Shown: positions 50,076 to 62,694, counted from the first letter of the stretch. The stretch is 64,000 bases of DNA from Carcharhinus amblyrhynchos (GCA_965287045.1 OZ336886.1:40052001-40116000); one strand, 5' to 3'. Program-made: numbers and translations. Notes: generated by a model not told the origin, from the letters alone.

Positions 50076-51570
50076 TGAGAATCACAGAATCGTTATTGTG
50101 CAGAAGGAAGTCATTTGGCCCATCGTATCTGCACTGGCTCTCCAAATAGACATCATGACTTAGTGCCATTCTCCTCCTTTTCCAAATATCCTGTAAATTG
50201 TTTCTATTCAAATGATCATCCAATGCCCTCTTGAATGCCTCAATTGAACCTGCCTTCTCTTCACTTTCAGGAGTGCATTCCAGACCCAAACTACGCGTTG
50301 CGTGAACAAGTTTTTTCTCACATCACATTTGCTTTTGCAAATCGCTTTAAATCTGTGCCCTCTTATTCTCAATTATTTTACAAGTGGGAACATTTCTTCC
50401 TACCTACTCCGTCCAGCCCATTCAATTTTCAACATCTGTATGAAAACTCCTCGCCTTCTTTCTTTTCTACAAAAGAGAACAGTCCCAATATCTCCAAACT
50501 ACCTCATAACTGAAGTTTCTCATACATGGTATCATTCTTGTAAATCTCTTCTGCATTCTCATGGTTCACATCCTTCCTAAAGTGTGGCCCTCAGGACTGT
50601 ACACAATACACCAATTAGTGTCTTGTATAAGTTTAGCATAACGTCCTTGATCTGGTACTCTATTCCCCTATTAATAAAGCCCAGAATATTAGATGCTTTA
50701 TTAACTGCTCTCTCTACCTGTCCTGTCTCCTTCAATGATCTACGCACATATAAACCCAGGTCTCACTGCTCCTGATCCCCCTTAAGACTTTTAACCCTTA
50801 TTTTGTATTGTCTGTCCATGTTCTTCCTCCCAACATGCACTGTTTCATACTTCTCCACATTAAACTTCATCTGCCACCTATCTGTCCACTCCATCAACTT
50901 ATTTATGTTCTTTTGAAGTTCTACACTGTCCTCATCAGTTTACAATACTTACAAATTTTGTGCCAACCATAAAATTTGAAATAGTCCCCTACACGTCAAG
51001 ATTTAGATCATTAATACATATCAGGAAAAGCAAGTGTCTCAATACTGACCCCAGAGAACACCACGACAAACCTTCCTCCAGCTTGAAAAATATCCATTAC
51101 CCATTACTCTCTGCTTCCTATTATTCAGCTAATTTTGTATCCACATTGCTACTCTTCCTTTTATTCTATGCGTTAACTTGTTTCACAAGTCTGTTGCATG
51201 GTACTTTATCAAATGCCTTCAGAAAGCTCATGTATACCACATCAATAGCATTATCCTCATCAACGCTGACTATTACCTCCTCAAAAAACTCTATCAAGTC
51301 AGTTAAACAAGATTTCCCCTTTAGAAATCCACACTGGCTCTTCCTAATCAACACACGGTTTATTTCTACGTGACTATTAATTCTACCCCATATAATTGTT
51401 TCTAGAAGCTTGCCCACCCCTGATATCAAATTGACTGGCCTGTAATTGCTTTTCGCACAAGGGCTTAACATTTGGAATTCTCCAATCCTCTGTACCTCCA
51501 CTGAGTCTGAAGATTATAGAAGACTATGGCTAGCGCCCCTGCACTTTGCATTCTCACTTCCTTACCCTTA
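50076..51570 (-). mobile_element. CR1 LINE 3' half, decayed
   Basis: ORF 51166-51501 NYRPVNLISGVGKLLE..QCGFLKGKSCLTDLIEFFEEV..DVVYMSFLKAFDKVP. Confidence 0.9.
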
Positions 51571-51739
51571 CTGGTATTATCAGAAAATCTGTATCTTTTG
51601 AGCAGCTGGATTAATATTTCACATCACACTGTCAAACCCCAGAATCATCTAAAATGAGGAAACACATGCTTTCTTTTGATTTTTCACACAAATTTCCTTC
51701 AGCACTTAAGCAACTGATATGCTGTTGAAATACAATTCA

Positions 51740-52068
51740 ACAGGTAGTATCACATCCAGGTGTCCATTATTCATAGAAAAACCTAGGCAGCAAGTTCCAG
51801 CACGCTACTAGATGACAAGGTGAATCACAACCATGCTTGACCATGATCACAGCCACTGTAAACACAAGTACAGCTTCAGCGGGGCTCTTTGGATAATGAT
51901 CAGGGTCAGGAACCCTGGTTGATTTACCTCCTCTTAAACAGAAATGTTGAGGCTGACAGTCTAGTTCAATTTCACCGTTGAGATCAGCTGAGGGAACAGA
52001 GATCCAGATTGATCTGGAACTTTTTCTCTATAGCTCAGCTTCTCACTGGCTATAGACACTCAGCAGTT
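51740..52068 (-). mobile_element. Ancient AmnSINE2-like SINE
   Basis: Minus strand cagctgatctcaac...aaatcaaccagggttcctgaccctgatcattatcca...ctagg..atgaataatggacacctgg resembles the recalled AmnSINE2 consensus. Confidence 0.5.
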
Positions 52069-52072
52069 AGGG

Positions 52073-52415
52073 TAGAATCTTGACAGTGCAGAAAGATGCC
52101 ATTCGGCCCATCGAGTTTCACTGCTTCTTCAACAAAACATCATATCCAGGCCAATCCTCACCCCACCCCCGTAACACCATATATTTACCCCACTAATCCC
52201 CCTAGCCTACAGATTTTGAGACACTAAGTGGCAATTTGACATAGGCAATCCACCTAACCTGCACATCTTTGGACTGCGGGAGGAAATTGGAGCACCTGGA
52301 GGAAACCCACTCAGGCACAGGGAGAAGGCGCAAACGCCACATAGATAGTGACCCAAAGCCAGAATTGAACCCGGGTCGCTGATGCTGTGAGGCAGCAGTG
52401 CTAACTGTGTCGCCC
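52073..52415 (-). mobile_element. HE1/V-SINE, CR1-type tail
   Basis: cagtgcagaaagatgccattcggcccatcgag tail to head tgtgaggcagcagtgctaactgtg. Confidence 0.85.
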
Positions 52416-53014
52416 AAGTTCATTCATTATTTCTATCTTATCTTCCTATTTTTTAATTCTGCCTTTCTTTTCTATTATCTAGACTATCTTGTCTTACTTC
52501 TTCCCTAGTGTCTATTTTCTCACTTTTACTATAACCTTCTATTTTTACTAAACTGACCCAGTTTCTTGCGCTTCCACAATTCATATTCAAGACCATGACT
52601 ATTTCACCAAAAATGCATTTTGTTTGGAAAATTACTTGAAAAATCCAATACTTCAGCCAGTCAGATGATTCAAGTTTTATTTGATTCCTTTAACAGATCA
52701 GCACATCCAACTACTGACATAATCTCTGACCAATCACAGCAACTTTAATAAATGCTGAATGCAGCCAGACATTACAGTTAGCTATCCAGACAGGTGTCAA
52801 AATCACTTATTGATTTTCCAGGCGATACTCTGAACTTAGGCTTAATTGTACAAGACACTTCACAGCTAAAAATTCGTCTAAATAAACTTTCTGCCCCCTT
52901 TATCTTGCGCTTGAATGGTGATTGAATGACAACCAAAGTCGACTGCTGATTCCAAAACCCATTCTGTAAAAGATTCCATTTCAGTGAATTCTACAAATCT
53001 AACTAATCCTCACA

Positions 53015-53331
53015 GGGCACAATTGTAGTAGTTAGCACTGCTGCCTCAGAGCGCCAGGGACCTGGGTTCCATTCAGTCCTCAGGTCACTGTCTGCGTGGA
53101 GTTTGCACATTTTCCCCGTGTCTGCGTGGGTTTCCTCCTGGTGCTCCAGCTTCCTCCCACACTCCAAATATGTGCGAGTTAGGTTGATTGGCCATGCTAG
53201 ATTGACCTTAGTATCAGGGGAATTAACAGAGTAAATATGTGGGGTTATGGGAATAGGGCCTGGGTGTGACTGTAGTCAGTGCAGACTCAAAGGGCCGAAT
53301 GGCCTCCTTCTGCACTGTAGGGATTCTATGA
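53015..53331 (+). mobile_element. HE1/V-SINE, CR1-type tail
   Basis: gttagcactgctgcctcagagcgccagggacctgggttc...ggcctccttctgcactgtagggattctatg. Confidence 0.9.
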
Positions 53332-53899
53332 AAATGTCAGGTAGATTTCTATAGAGACACAGAGGAAAAAAACAAAAGCAACTGTTTATCAGGTCATTAC
53401 CAGACAACAGCATGAAGCAGTATTGATTTCAGTCCCTGATAACTGATAGGTAGAAGTACTCAATAATAGTATTTGTAAAAATATGGCAAGCACTGCCAAT
53501 TTCTGTTCTTTTTTTCTCTCTCTCTGCACTCCCCCTCCCGCCATCCTAAAGTGTGTCATTCATTTTGTCTAAATTAAAAAAGTGGTAAGTAAACATGAAG
53601 TCTGCTGGAAGCTAAACCCAGGACTTTCTTGTCTGCTGTTTAATGCCCATATAAAAAATGCACATCCTCTTGTAAAACCTAAAGTTGTTAATTTGATCTT
53701 GTGTGCAATAGGATTATGAACAGAAGCAGCTACCATTTTCTCCTTAAAAAAAAATCTGTCCCACCCCATTAATCCAAACCTAGCCGGTTGAAAATTATAC
53801 TTAAAAGCAACTAATCACACAAAAAAACATTCTTATTATGTTGATGACTTTTCAAGTTTAACAGCAAGTGTTTGAAGTTAATTGGTAAAGAATGACTCA

Positions 53900-54007
<108 letters not shown>

Positions 54008-54165
54008 CTATTGAAAGACCAAAGAGCATGAGAAAAGTTAAACACAAAAAGGCATATAAAAATAAAATTGGAAGGGGGGAATAATCATTGTGATTTTTCA
54101 GGCTCTGTGTGCAACTAAAGGCAGTGTCCAGGCTCTTGAAGCTGAATAGCCAATCAAGTATTTTA

Positions 54166-54385
54166 GGCACAGTAAGTAGTCTCACAACACCAGGTTAAAG
54201 TCCAAGTTTATTTGGTAGCACGAGCTTTCGGAACGCTGTTCCTTCATCAGGTAAGTGCCACTTACCTAACGAAGGAGCAGCGCTCTGGAAGCTCATGCTA
54301 CTAAATAAACCTGGTGGACTTTAGCCTGGTGTTGTGAGACTATTTACTGTGCCCACCCCAGGCCAATGTCGGCAACTCTACATCA
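54166..54385. mobile_element. Penelope-derived palindromic mini-element with two back-to-back hammerhead motifs
   Basis: Inverted arms 54166-54256 and 54260-54353 (axis gtaagt-gcc-acttac) followed by the Penelope terminus cccaggccaatgtcggcaactctacatca. Confidence 0.85.
54219..54253 (-). ncRNA. Minimal type-I hammerhead ribozyme motif (core intact)
   Basis: UAC-CUGAUGA-A-GGAAC(AGC)GUUCC-GAAA-GC-UC/GUG: full core, 5-bp helix II, 3-bp helix I, palindromic AGCU helix III as in Penelope minimal HHRs; activity untested. Confidence 0.65.
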
Positions 54386-55560
54386 GCTCTTTTAGCTTTG
54401 ACAGGAGCAGCAGGCTGCAATGCATGTAAGAGAGAGGGCACTACAAGTTGGAGCCTTCCCTCCAACTTTCTCAAATCTAAATTAAAAATGGCTGGTGCAG
54501 CCAGGTCATCACTGTTGTTGGGGAAGAGCATAGGGGACTGAATCAGACTCCTATAACAGCAGCCCATGCCTGTTCCTGCATAGACAGGTAGAAAGGCTCT
54601 CTATACCTGTCTTGGAGCATTGGTCCCCTCTGGAAATGTACCTGGCCACCTCCAGGCAGCTAAACTGATCTGCCCCTGCCTGCAGGGATCTGGAGGCCGA
54701 CTAGAAAATATTGCCTCTGCAAAAATGGTCTAGAGGTAAGATGGAGCAAGAGAACTGGCAGGTCTGGAGGAGTAGCTGCCGATCCAGTCAAATAGGTTCC
54801 TTCATATACGCAAACTTATCCAAAAACAACTCCGGCAATAAACAGTTCTTTCTTCTCATTCCCATTTATTCATAGTAAATCTTAAACTAATTCCAGCATT
54901 TTCACAATAATCCATACTGAAAGACAAAAAAAACACAATATGCTTAATGCTAAAAGTGAAATGAATTCATGCCAAAGTCCAAATTGTACACAAAAATGCA
55001 ACAGAATTACATTACAGCCAAAGGCACAGTACACCAAACTTTTCGATTGAAGGTTCTGCAATCCTTCATGCCAAGAAATATTTTGCTTTTGTAGTGGCTT
55101 GAGGGGAGTAGGGATGAAAAAAACCGCAATAACTTGAAAGCTATGAGTGCAATCGTGAAACAATTTATTAAAACCACAATGCAGAACAAGATCTGTCACA
55201 GACTGTTCATGTGAATGGCCTGCAGTCTTACTTTCAGTGGATTATGTCCCAGCCCTTGCTGATGCAGTTCTATCCCACAAATGTTTCATACTATTTATTC
55301 TTCCTGACCATAGTACATTTCTGCATTGATATCATTTAATTTAGCTTACATTTTGTTTCCTTCCTTCTGATTTGGCACAAGTTACATTTCCGATTTTTTA
55401 GTTCTCGGGATGTGGGTGCTTTGGCAAGGTTTCATTTATTGTACAAATAAGATTTATTAATTAATTTATTATATTTATTGGGGTAAGGAGGTGCTGTTGT
55501 GTCTTTTCCTTGAATCATGGATGTCCTTGTTGTGGCGGTGAAGTTCCACAATAACGCTTA

Positions 55561-56981
55561 ATAGATACATAGAACATAGAACATTACAGCGCAGAACAGG
55601 CCCTTCGGCCCATGATGTTGCGCCGACCAGTTAAAAAACAATGACCCTCTAACCTAAACCAATCCCTTTTCATCCATAAACCTATCCACGGATCTCTTAA
55701 ATGCCCCCAAACTAGGCGCATTTACAACTGCAGCTGGCAGGGCATTCCAATCCCTCACCACCCTCTGGGTAAAGAACCTACCCCTGACATCCGTTCTATA
55801 ACTACCTCCCCTTAATTTAAAGCCATGTCCCCTCGTGCTAGCTTTCTCCATCTGAGGAAAAAGGCTATCACTATCCACCCTATCTAAACCTCTAATCATC
55901 TTATATGTTTCAATAAGATCCCCTCTTAGCCGCCTTCTTTCCAGCGAAAACAACCCCAAATCCCTCAGTCTCTCCTCATAGGACCTCCCCTCCATACCAG
56001 GCAACATCCTGGTAAACCTCCTCTGCACCCTCTCCAAAGCCTCCACATCCTTCCTGTAATGTGGGGACCAGAAATGCACACAGTACTCCAAGTGCGGCCG
56101 CACCAGAGTTGTGTACAGTTGCAACATGACGCTGCGACTCCTAAATTCAATCCCCCTACCAATAAACGCCAAGACACCGTATGCCTTCTTAACAACCTTA
56201 TCTACTTGATTCCCTACTTTCAGGGATCTATGTACACATACACCTAGATCCCTCTGTTCATCCACACTATTCAGAGTCCTCCCGTTAGCCCTATACTCAA
56301 CACATCTGTTATTCCTACCAAAGTGAATTATCTCACACTTCTCTGCATTAAACTCCATCCGCCACCTCTCGGCCCAGCTCTGCAACCTGTCTAAGTCTCC
56401 CTGCAAACTATGACACCCTTCCTCACAATCTACCACACCTCCGACTTTGGTGTCATCAGCAAATTTACTAATCCACCCAACTATACCCTCATCCAGATCA
56501 TTAATAAAAATTACAAACAGCAGTGGCCCCAAAACAGATCCCTGAGGCACACCACTCGTAACTGAACTCCATGATGAATATTTACCATCAACCACCACCC
56601 TCTGTCTCCTATCTGCTAGCCAATTCCTGATCCAATTTCCTAGATTACCCTCAATCCCATACATCTGCATTTTCTGCAGAAGCCTACCATGGTGAACCTT
56701 ATCAAACGCCTTACTAAAATCCATATATACCACGTCAACTGCCTTACCCCCATCCACCTCTTTGGTCACTTTCTCAAAAAACTCAATAAGGTTAGTAAGG
56801 CATGACCTACCCGCTACAAAACCATGCTGACTATCTCCAATCAATTCATTACTCTCCAAATAACTATAAATCCTATCCCTAATAATTTTTTCTAAAACCT
56901 TGCCCACAACAGAAGTAAGACTCACCGGTCTATAATTCCCGGAGAAGTCTCTGTTCCCCTTCTTAAACAATGGGACAACAT
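55561..56981 (-). mobile_element. Young 5'-truncated CR1 LINE
   Basis: Intact RT frame plus 3' UTR ending gtaatgttctatgttctatgtatctat. Confidence 0.95.
55654..56970 (-). CDS. CR1 ORF2 reverse transcriptase domain (truncated, no endonuclease, no true start)
   Basis: 438 codons without a stop: NYRPVSLTS, QHGF, DFSKAFDKV, GVPQGSVLGPLLF, KFADD, RPHLEY; begins at TTG inside the 5' truncation. Confidence 0.9.
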   Translation of the reverse strand: MFKKGNRDFSGNYRPVSLTSVVGKVLEKIIRDRIYSYLESNELIGDSQHGFVAGRSCLTNLIEFFEKVTKEVDGGKAVDVVYMDFSKAFDKVHHGRLLQKMQMYGIEGNLGNWIRNWLADRRQRVVVDGKYSSWSSVTSGVPQGSVLGPLLFVIFINDLDEGIVGWISKFADDTKVGGVVDCEEGCHSLQGDLDRLQSWAERWRMEFNAEKCEIIHFGRNNRCVEYRANGRTLNSVDEQRDLGVCVHRSLKVGNQVDKVVKKAYGVLAFIGRGIEFRSRSVMLQLYTTLVRPHLEYCVHFWSPHYRKDVEALERVQRRFTRMLPGMEGRSYEERLRDLGLFSLERRRLRGDLIETYKMIRGLDRVDSDSLFPQMEKASTRGHGFKLRGGSYRTDVRGRFFTQRVVRDWNALPAAVVNAPSLGAFKRSVDRFMDEKGLV

Positions 56982-57419
56982 TTAGATTTGCTCAACAAAC
57001 CACAGGAGTTAATTTAGTATTTTGCCTCTCCCTGTTCAATGGTTCTGACGCACATGATTGCATCATGCAGGATACCTTCCAATGGCACATCTATTGGGCC
57101 AATCTGTACGTGATTCAACAGGCCATTTGATCACAGAGGATGTCACAGTTGAGAAAAAACTTTAACTCACTCAAAACCTATTTGCTTGCAAGGAATTAAA
57201 ATGAGGCTCAACTGTTCACATGTGTGCATACCTACACTCTTCTACCTGGACTCCTCAGGAGCAAAAACATTTGAAGAGCTTCCCCATGACAATGATGTTG
57301 AAGTCGGCTGCAGTGACCCAAACACTGCTGGTCTAAGTCAGTACAAATTAAGGTTCAGACTTGGGTGGTGCATTTTCCAAAGCAATTGATTAGTTATCAT
57401 CATTGTCTTTTGAAAGAAT

Positions 57420-58356
57420 TAAGTTCCGGCTCCTCAGGTTGTGTCATCTCCCCACATAATGCCTCCAACAAACGCAATTCCTGTCTCTTCCATTTCAGCA
57501 TTTCAAAGGGATTCTTCCCTCCACAGCACTATGGCCCACTGATCAATCACCCCTACCAACTCCTCCCCTTCCCACAGCCCCTGCCTCACAAATGCAGGGT
57601 ATGCAACACTTGTCCTTTTACCTCCTCTCTCTTTACAATTCGAGGCCATAAACCTTCCCATTCCTTCTAGGTGAAGTGGGATTTATGTGTGCATTTTTAA
57701 ATTTAGTGTGCTGTACTTACTGCTTGCAATGCAGTCTCCTTTTAATGCAGAATGGGTGACCACTTTTGCAGGAAACCTCCATTCAATCTGCAAGTGTGTC
57801 CAGTCACTTGCGATTTTAATTTTGCACCGTGCACTCATATTGATCTCTCTCCTTAGCCTCCTACACCATTCCAATGAAGCTCAAGGAAAGTGCCTCACCT
57901 TTTGATTATTTGACTTTGCATCCTCTGGTGCAACACTGAGTTTAACAATTTTAGGCTTAACCTTTGCCCCATGCTGTTTCCTTTACCTTGGAGGTTTTTT
58001 TCTCTTGTTTAATCTTTTAAAATTTGCATGCATCATTCTGCCATTCACATCTCCTCTGGCCACATCATTTCTTTCCTTACTTGTCCCATTACCACTCTCT
58101 TCATCCATGCATCACCAAGTCTTCTCTTTCATCTCTCCTGTCTTCCATTTATCTCAAAGCTTCCCTTTTTTTTCTTTCCAATAAGTTCTTATTTTTGTTT
58201 TTTCCCAATGAGCCCCTCTTTCGCTTGCTTAAAATCTATAACATTTCTACCCTTCCTTGGTTCCGATGAAGGCATTCAGTGAAATGTTAACTGTTTCTCT
58301 CTTCACAAATGCTGCTTGACCTGCAGAGTATTTCCAGCGTTTTCTGTGTTTAATTC
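57420..58356 (+). mobile_element. Penelope-like element 3' part with decayed hammerhead
   Basis: HKCRVCNTCPFTSSLFTIRG (GIY-YIG region); gtt-CCGATGA-aggcattcagt-GAAA-tgttaac at ~58260-58291. Confidence 0.8.
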
Positions 58357-58774
58357 CTCAGATTTTTGTGCGTGCTTAACACAATTCTTCTCAAACAATA
58401 ACCTACTTTCATGTTTTCATCCTTTTCTCCTTCTCCAGGTCCTCTCAGGTCATGTACTGTACTCTACAGGCATGTGACATTATCCTTAATTTTCATCTTC
58501 AGCTTGCTGCTACGTGTGCGAGATTTGCCTGAGGGAACTCTTTCGTATAATTTATTCTCTGTTGAAAAGCATCTGGCATTTGACTCTGAAAACCCAGTTA
58601 GTAAGAACTAATTGCAGGCAGAAACTTGTTTACACAACCTACAGTAATAATGACTGTGTCATGAAATTGCCACCCCCACCCAATCTCTGTAATCTGCTTC
58701 AATGTTACAACTCCTTCAGAGCTCTCTATTCATCTGATTAGGGACCTCCTGTTCACCCTCCCTCCTGTTCAGAG

Positions 58775-60680
58775 ATTCCTTGTATCAATACAGCTCAGAA
58801 TGAGGCAATTTGGTCTGTGATGTCCATGCTAGCTTTTAGGAAGAGTAACTTGTTTAGTCCCCAGCCTTTTCCTGCAACCTTCTTTCACTTCAGGTAATTA
58901 TCTAATTCTTTTTTGAAGATCTTGATTGAATCTGCTTCCATATTACCCTCAGGCAGAGATTCCAGATCCTAAACACACTCTGCATAAACAAAGTAGGTCA
59001 TGACCATTTTTCTTCTGCCAATCATCTCAAATCAGTATCCCCTGGTTCTCGCCCCTTCTGCCAAAGGGAACAGTTTCCCCATATTCAACCTAATCCTCAT
59101 GATTTTGAAAATCTCAATTAAATCTCCTCTTAATCTTCTCTTCTCCAAGGAGAACACCGCTAGCTTCTCCAATCTATTTATGTAGCTTATGTTTGTCACC
59201 CTTCGAACCATTCTATAAACCTTCTCTGAACCCTTTTTAACCCTTCAAATCCTTGCCAGGACCGAATACAATATTCCAGTTAGGGTTGAACTACCATTTT
59301 TTTGTAAGATTTTCACCAAAGCTTCCTTGCTTTTGTACTTTGTGCTCTTATTTATAAAGCATAAGATCCCCAATGTTTAATTAACCACTTTCCCAACCTG
59401 CCCAGTCACTTTCAATGATTTATTCACATAAATACCCAAGTCATTCTGTTCCTACGTTTCTTTTTATATTTTTATTCTTTGCCTCTCCTCATTCTTTCTA
59501 CCAAAATCAATCATTTCACACTTCCCGGCACTAAATTTCAGCTGCCACGTGTCCGTTCATTCCACAGCCTGCCAAAGTCATCTTAAGTTTATCATTATCC
59601 TCAGAGTTCATAGGCCTTTTCAGTTTTGTATCTTCACAAATTGTGAAACTGTGCCTTGTACATCAAAGTTTATATCATTAATATAGATTAAAAAAAAGCA
59701 GTATTCCTCACTACATATCATCCTCACATCAGAAAAAACAACCATCCATCACTACACTCTGCTTCCTGTCATTAAGCCAACTTCATGCTCACATTGCCAC
59801 TGTCCCTTTTATTCTACGGCCTTTAAATTGCTGACAAGCCAGTTATGTAGTAGTCTATGTCCTTTAGAAGTCCGTGGGCACCACAACAATTATGTCACTC
59901 TTATCAACCCTCTCTGTTACCTCATCAAAAAATTCAAGTAAGTCAGTTAAACATAACTTTCCCGTAACAAATATATTTGTTGGTTTTCCCTCATTAATTC
60001 ACATTTGTCCAAGTAATTTTCATTTTGTCCCAAATTATTGTCTCTCGAAGTTTTTCTATTACCAATATTAAACCGACCGGCCTGTAGCTACTGAGCTGCC
60101 CAAAGCAAGAGGAGGTCCGGAAATGGACCCTGAGGAAGGAATGCCAAAAGTCCAAGGACCAATTCCATCTCCCAAAAACACTTGCCAAATGTGGGAGATG
60201 CGGCTCTCTGGTCAGGCTCATCAGCTCACAAGGACCCATGATCACCAGTAACATGGGGTTTCTTAGCCGGACAATCATACTTATTAGTGAGTGATTACCA
60301 AAGGAGAGGTTTATGAGCTTAAACCTTGCACCCCTTTTTAAGTTTTAATATTTGCAACTTTCCAGTTCTGTAGTACTATAGCTGCATCTAAGAATGATTG
60401 GAAAATTATGGCCAGTACCTGTGTAATTTCGATCCCTACTTCCCCCAGTATCCTTGGATTCATCTCATCTGGTCCTGGTGGTTTATTAATTTTAAGCACA
60501 GCTAACAATCAAATATCTCCTCTTTACCAATTTTTTGCGCATCAAGTGTCTCAACTATGTCCTCTTTCACAATGATTTGAGGAAAATCTCCTTCCTTGGT
60601 AAAGACAGATACAAAGTACTCATTTAGTATTGTAGCTGTGCCTCCATGATCATGCATAAATCACATTTTTGGTCCCTAAT
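58775..60680 (-). mobile_element. Decayed CR1 LINE, interrupted at ~60095-60315
   Basis: YRPVGLILVIEKLRETIIWDK; homologous to 50076-51570 and 55654. Confidence 0.8.
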
Positions 60681-60750
60681 CCTAAACACAGAAAATCAGA
60701 GCAGGAATAGGTCATTTGTCCCTTTGAATCTGCTCTGCCATTCAATATCA

Positions 60751-60946
60751 ATAGAGTCCTTACAATGCAGAAAAGGCCATTCAGCCCATCAATTCTGCAC
60801 AGACTCACTGACAGAGTACCTTACCCATGCCCTCTTCTCCACCCTACTTCTGTAATTCCACACAGACATTCATCCAAGACCGGAATAAACATGGGTCCTG
60901 AGTGCTGTGAGGTAGCAACGTTAACTACTGTGCCACAGTGCCGCCA
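60751..60946 (-). mobile_element. Internally deleted V-SINE
   Basis: Tail atagagtccttacaatgcagaaaaggccattc joined to head tccacacagac..tgtgaggtagc..tgtgccacagtgccgcc. Confidence 0.75.
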
Positions 60947-62694
60947 TATGATCTTCCATCTCAGCTCCATACTCCTATGCTTGCCCCAGAGTCCAGAAAT
61001 CTATTTTCTTCTTAAATATATTCAGTAGCTTGACCTCCACAGACTTCTGTGATACAGAATTCTATAGGTTCACCACCCTCTGAGTGAAGAAGCTTCTCAT
61101 CTCAGTCCTAAATTGTTTACTGCATACCCTGAGACTGTGACATCTTATTCCAGAATGCCAACCAGAGGGAACATCATCCCTGAACCCAGTCTGTCTAGGC
61201 CTATCAGAACTTCATACATTTCAATGAAATCACCACTTCTTCTTTTAAACCCAATGAATATAGGCCCAGTCAACCTAAACTCTCCTCATACAACAATGAA
61301 GAATCAGTCTGATGAACTTTCACTCTACTCCCTCTATGACAAGAATATCTTAGGTAAGGATACAAAAACTGCATGTAATAATCCAGGTGTGGTCTCACCA
61401 AGATCCAGTACAGCTGCAGTGAGACATTAATTGCTTCTGTACTCAAATGCTCTTACAATGAAGGCCAACATACAATTCTTAATTGCTGGCTGCATCTGCA
61501 TGCTTGCTTTCAGTGAATAGTGTATAAAGACACCAAAGTGCTTTGTGCATCAACATGTCCCAATCTATCACTATTGTGTTTTTCCTACCAAAATGGATAA
61601 CTTCACACTTTTCCACATTATGCTACATCTGCTGTCTATCTGCCCACTCACTCAACTTGTCTAAATTACCTTGCACCTTCTTGACATCCTCCTCAACATT
61701 CACATTCCCACCAAGTTTCATGTCATCAGCAAACTTGGAAATATTATATTTGGTTTCCTCATCCAAATCATTGATATATATAGTGAATAGTTGGGACCGA
61801 AGCACTGATTCCTATGGTATCCTGTTAGCCATCATCTGCTAATCCGAAAGAGACCCATTTATTCCTACTCTGGTTCCTGTCTCAATAACCAATTTGTAAT
61901 CTCTGCATATATACTACCCGCAATCCCATGTGCTTTAATTTCGCACCCTAATTTCTTAATTGGAACCAAAAGTTTTTTGAAAATACAAATACACCAAGTC
62001 TACTGATTCTTCCCTATCAATTCTGCCAGTTATGTCTTCATAAACTCCAGTAGGTTTGTAAAATTTGATTTCTCTTTTATAAATCCATGCTGACTGTATA
62101 ATCCTGTCGGTATTTTCCAAGCGTCCTGTTACAACACCCTTTATAATAAACTCTAGCATTCTCACTACTTCCGATGATAGGCTAACCAGTTCGTAATTCG
62201 CTGTTTTCTCCCTCCTGCTTTTTCAAATAGCAGGATTATATTTGCCACCCTCTAATCTGCTAACTCTGTTCCAGAATCTACAGAAATTTAGAAGATGATA
62301 ACCAACACATCCAATATTTCCATGGTCACCTCCTTTAGAACCCTGGAATGTAGATTATAAAGTCCTGGGAATTTATTGGCTTTTAGTCCAATTAATTTCT
62401 CCAGCACGATTTTATTTTAAGAATACTAATTTCCTTCAATTCTTCCTTCTGAGTGACCCTCGGTGTCCCAGCATTTCTGGGAAGTTATTGTGTCTCCTTC
62501 TGTGAAGATTTGTTTAATCGCTCTATATCTCATTGCTCTTAATTATAAACTCTCCCATTTCAGACTGCAAGCGCCTGTATTTATCTTCACTAATCTTTTT
62601 CTTTTTACACTACAGAAGATTTTATGTTCCATGCAAATTTACTCTCAGATCCTATTTTTCCACTCTCAATCAACCTTCTTTGCTGAATTCTAAA

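Noticed and set aside
58420-58640. Possible upstream FAM204A exon
   Set aside because: No frame gives the expected ...EKAEELSNQLATRE-like sequence; that exon probably lies beyond 64000.
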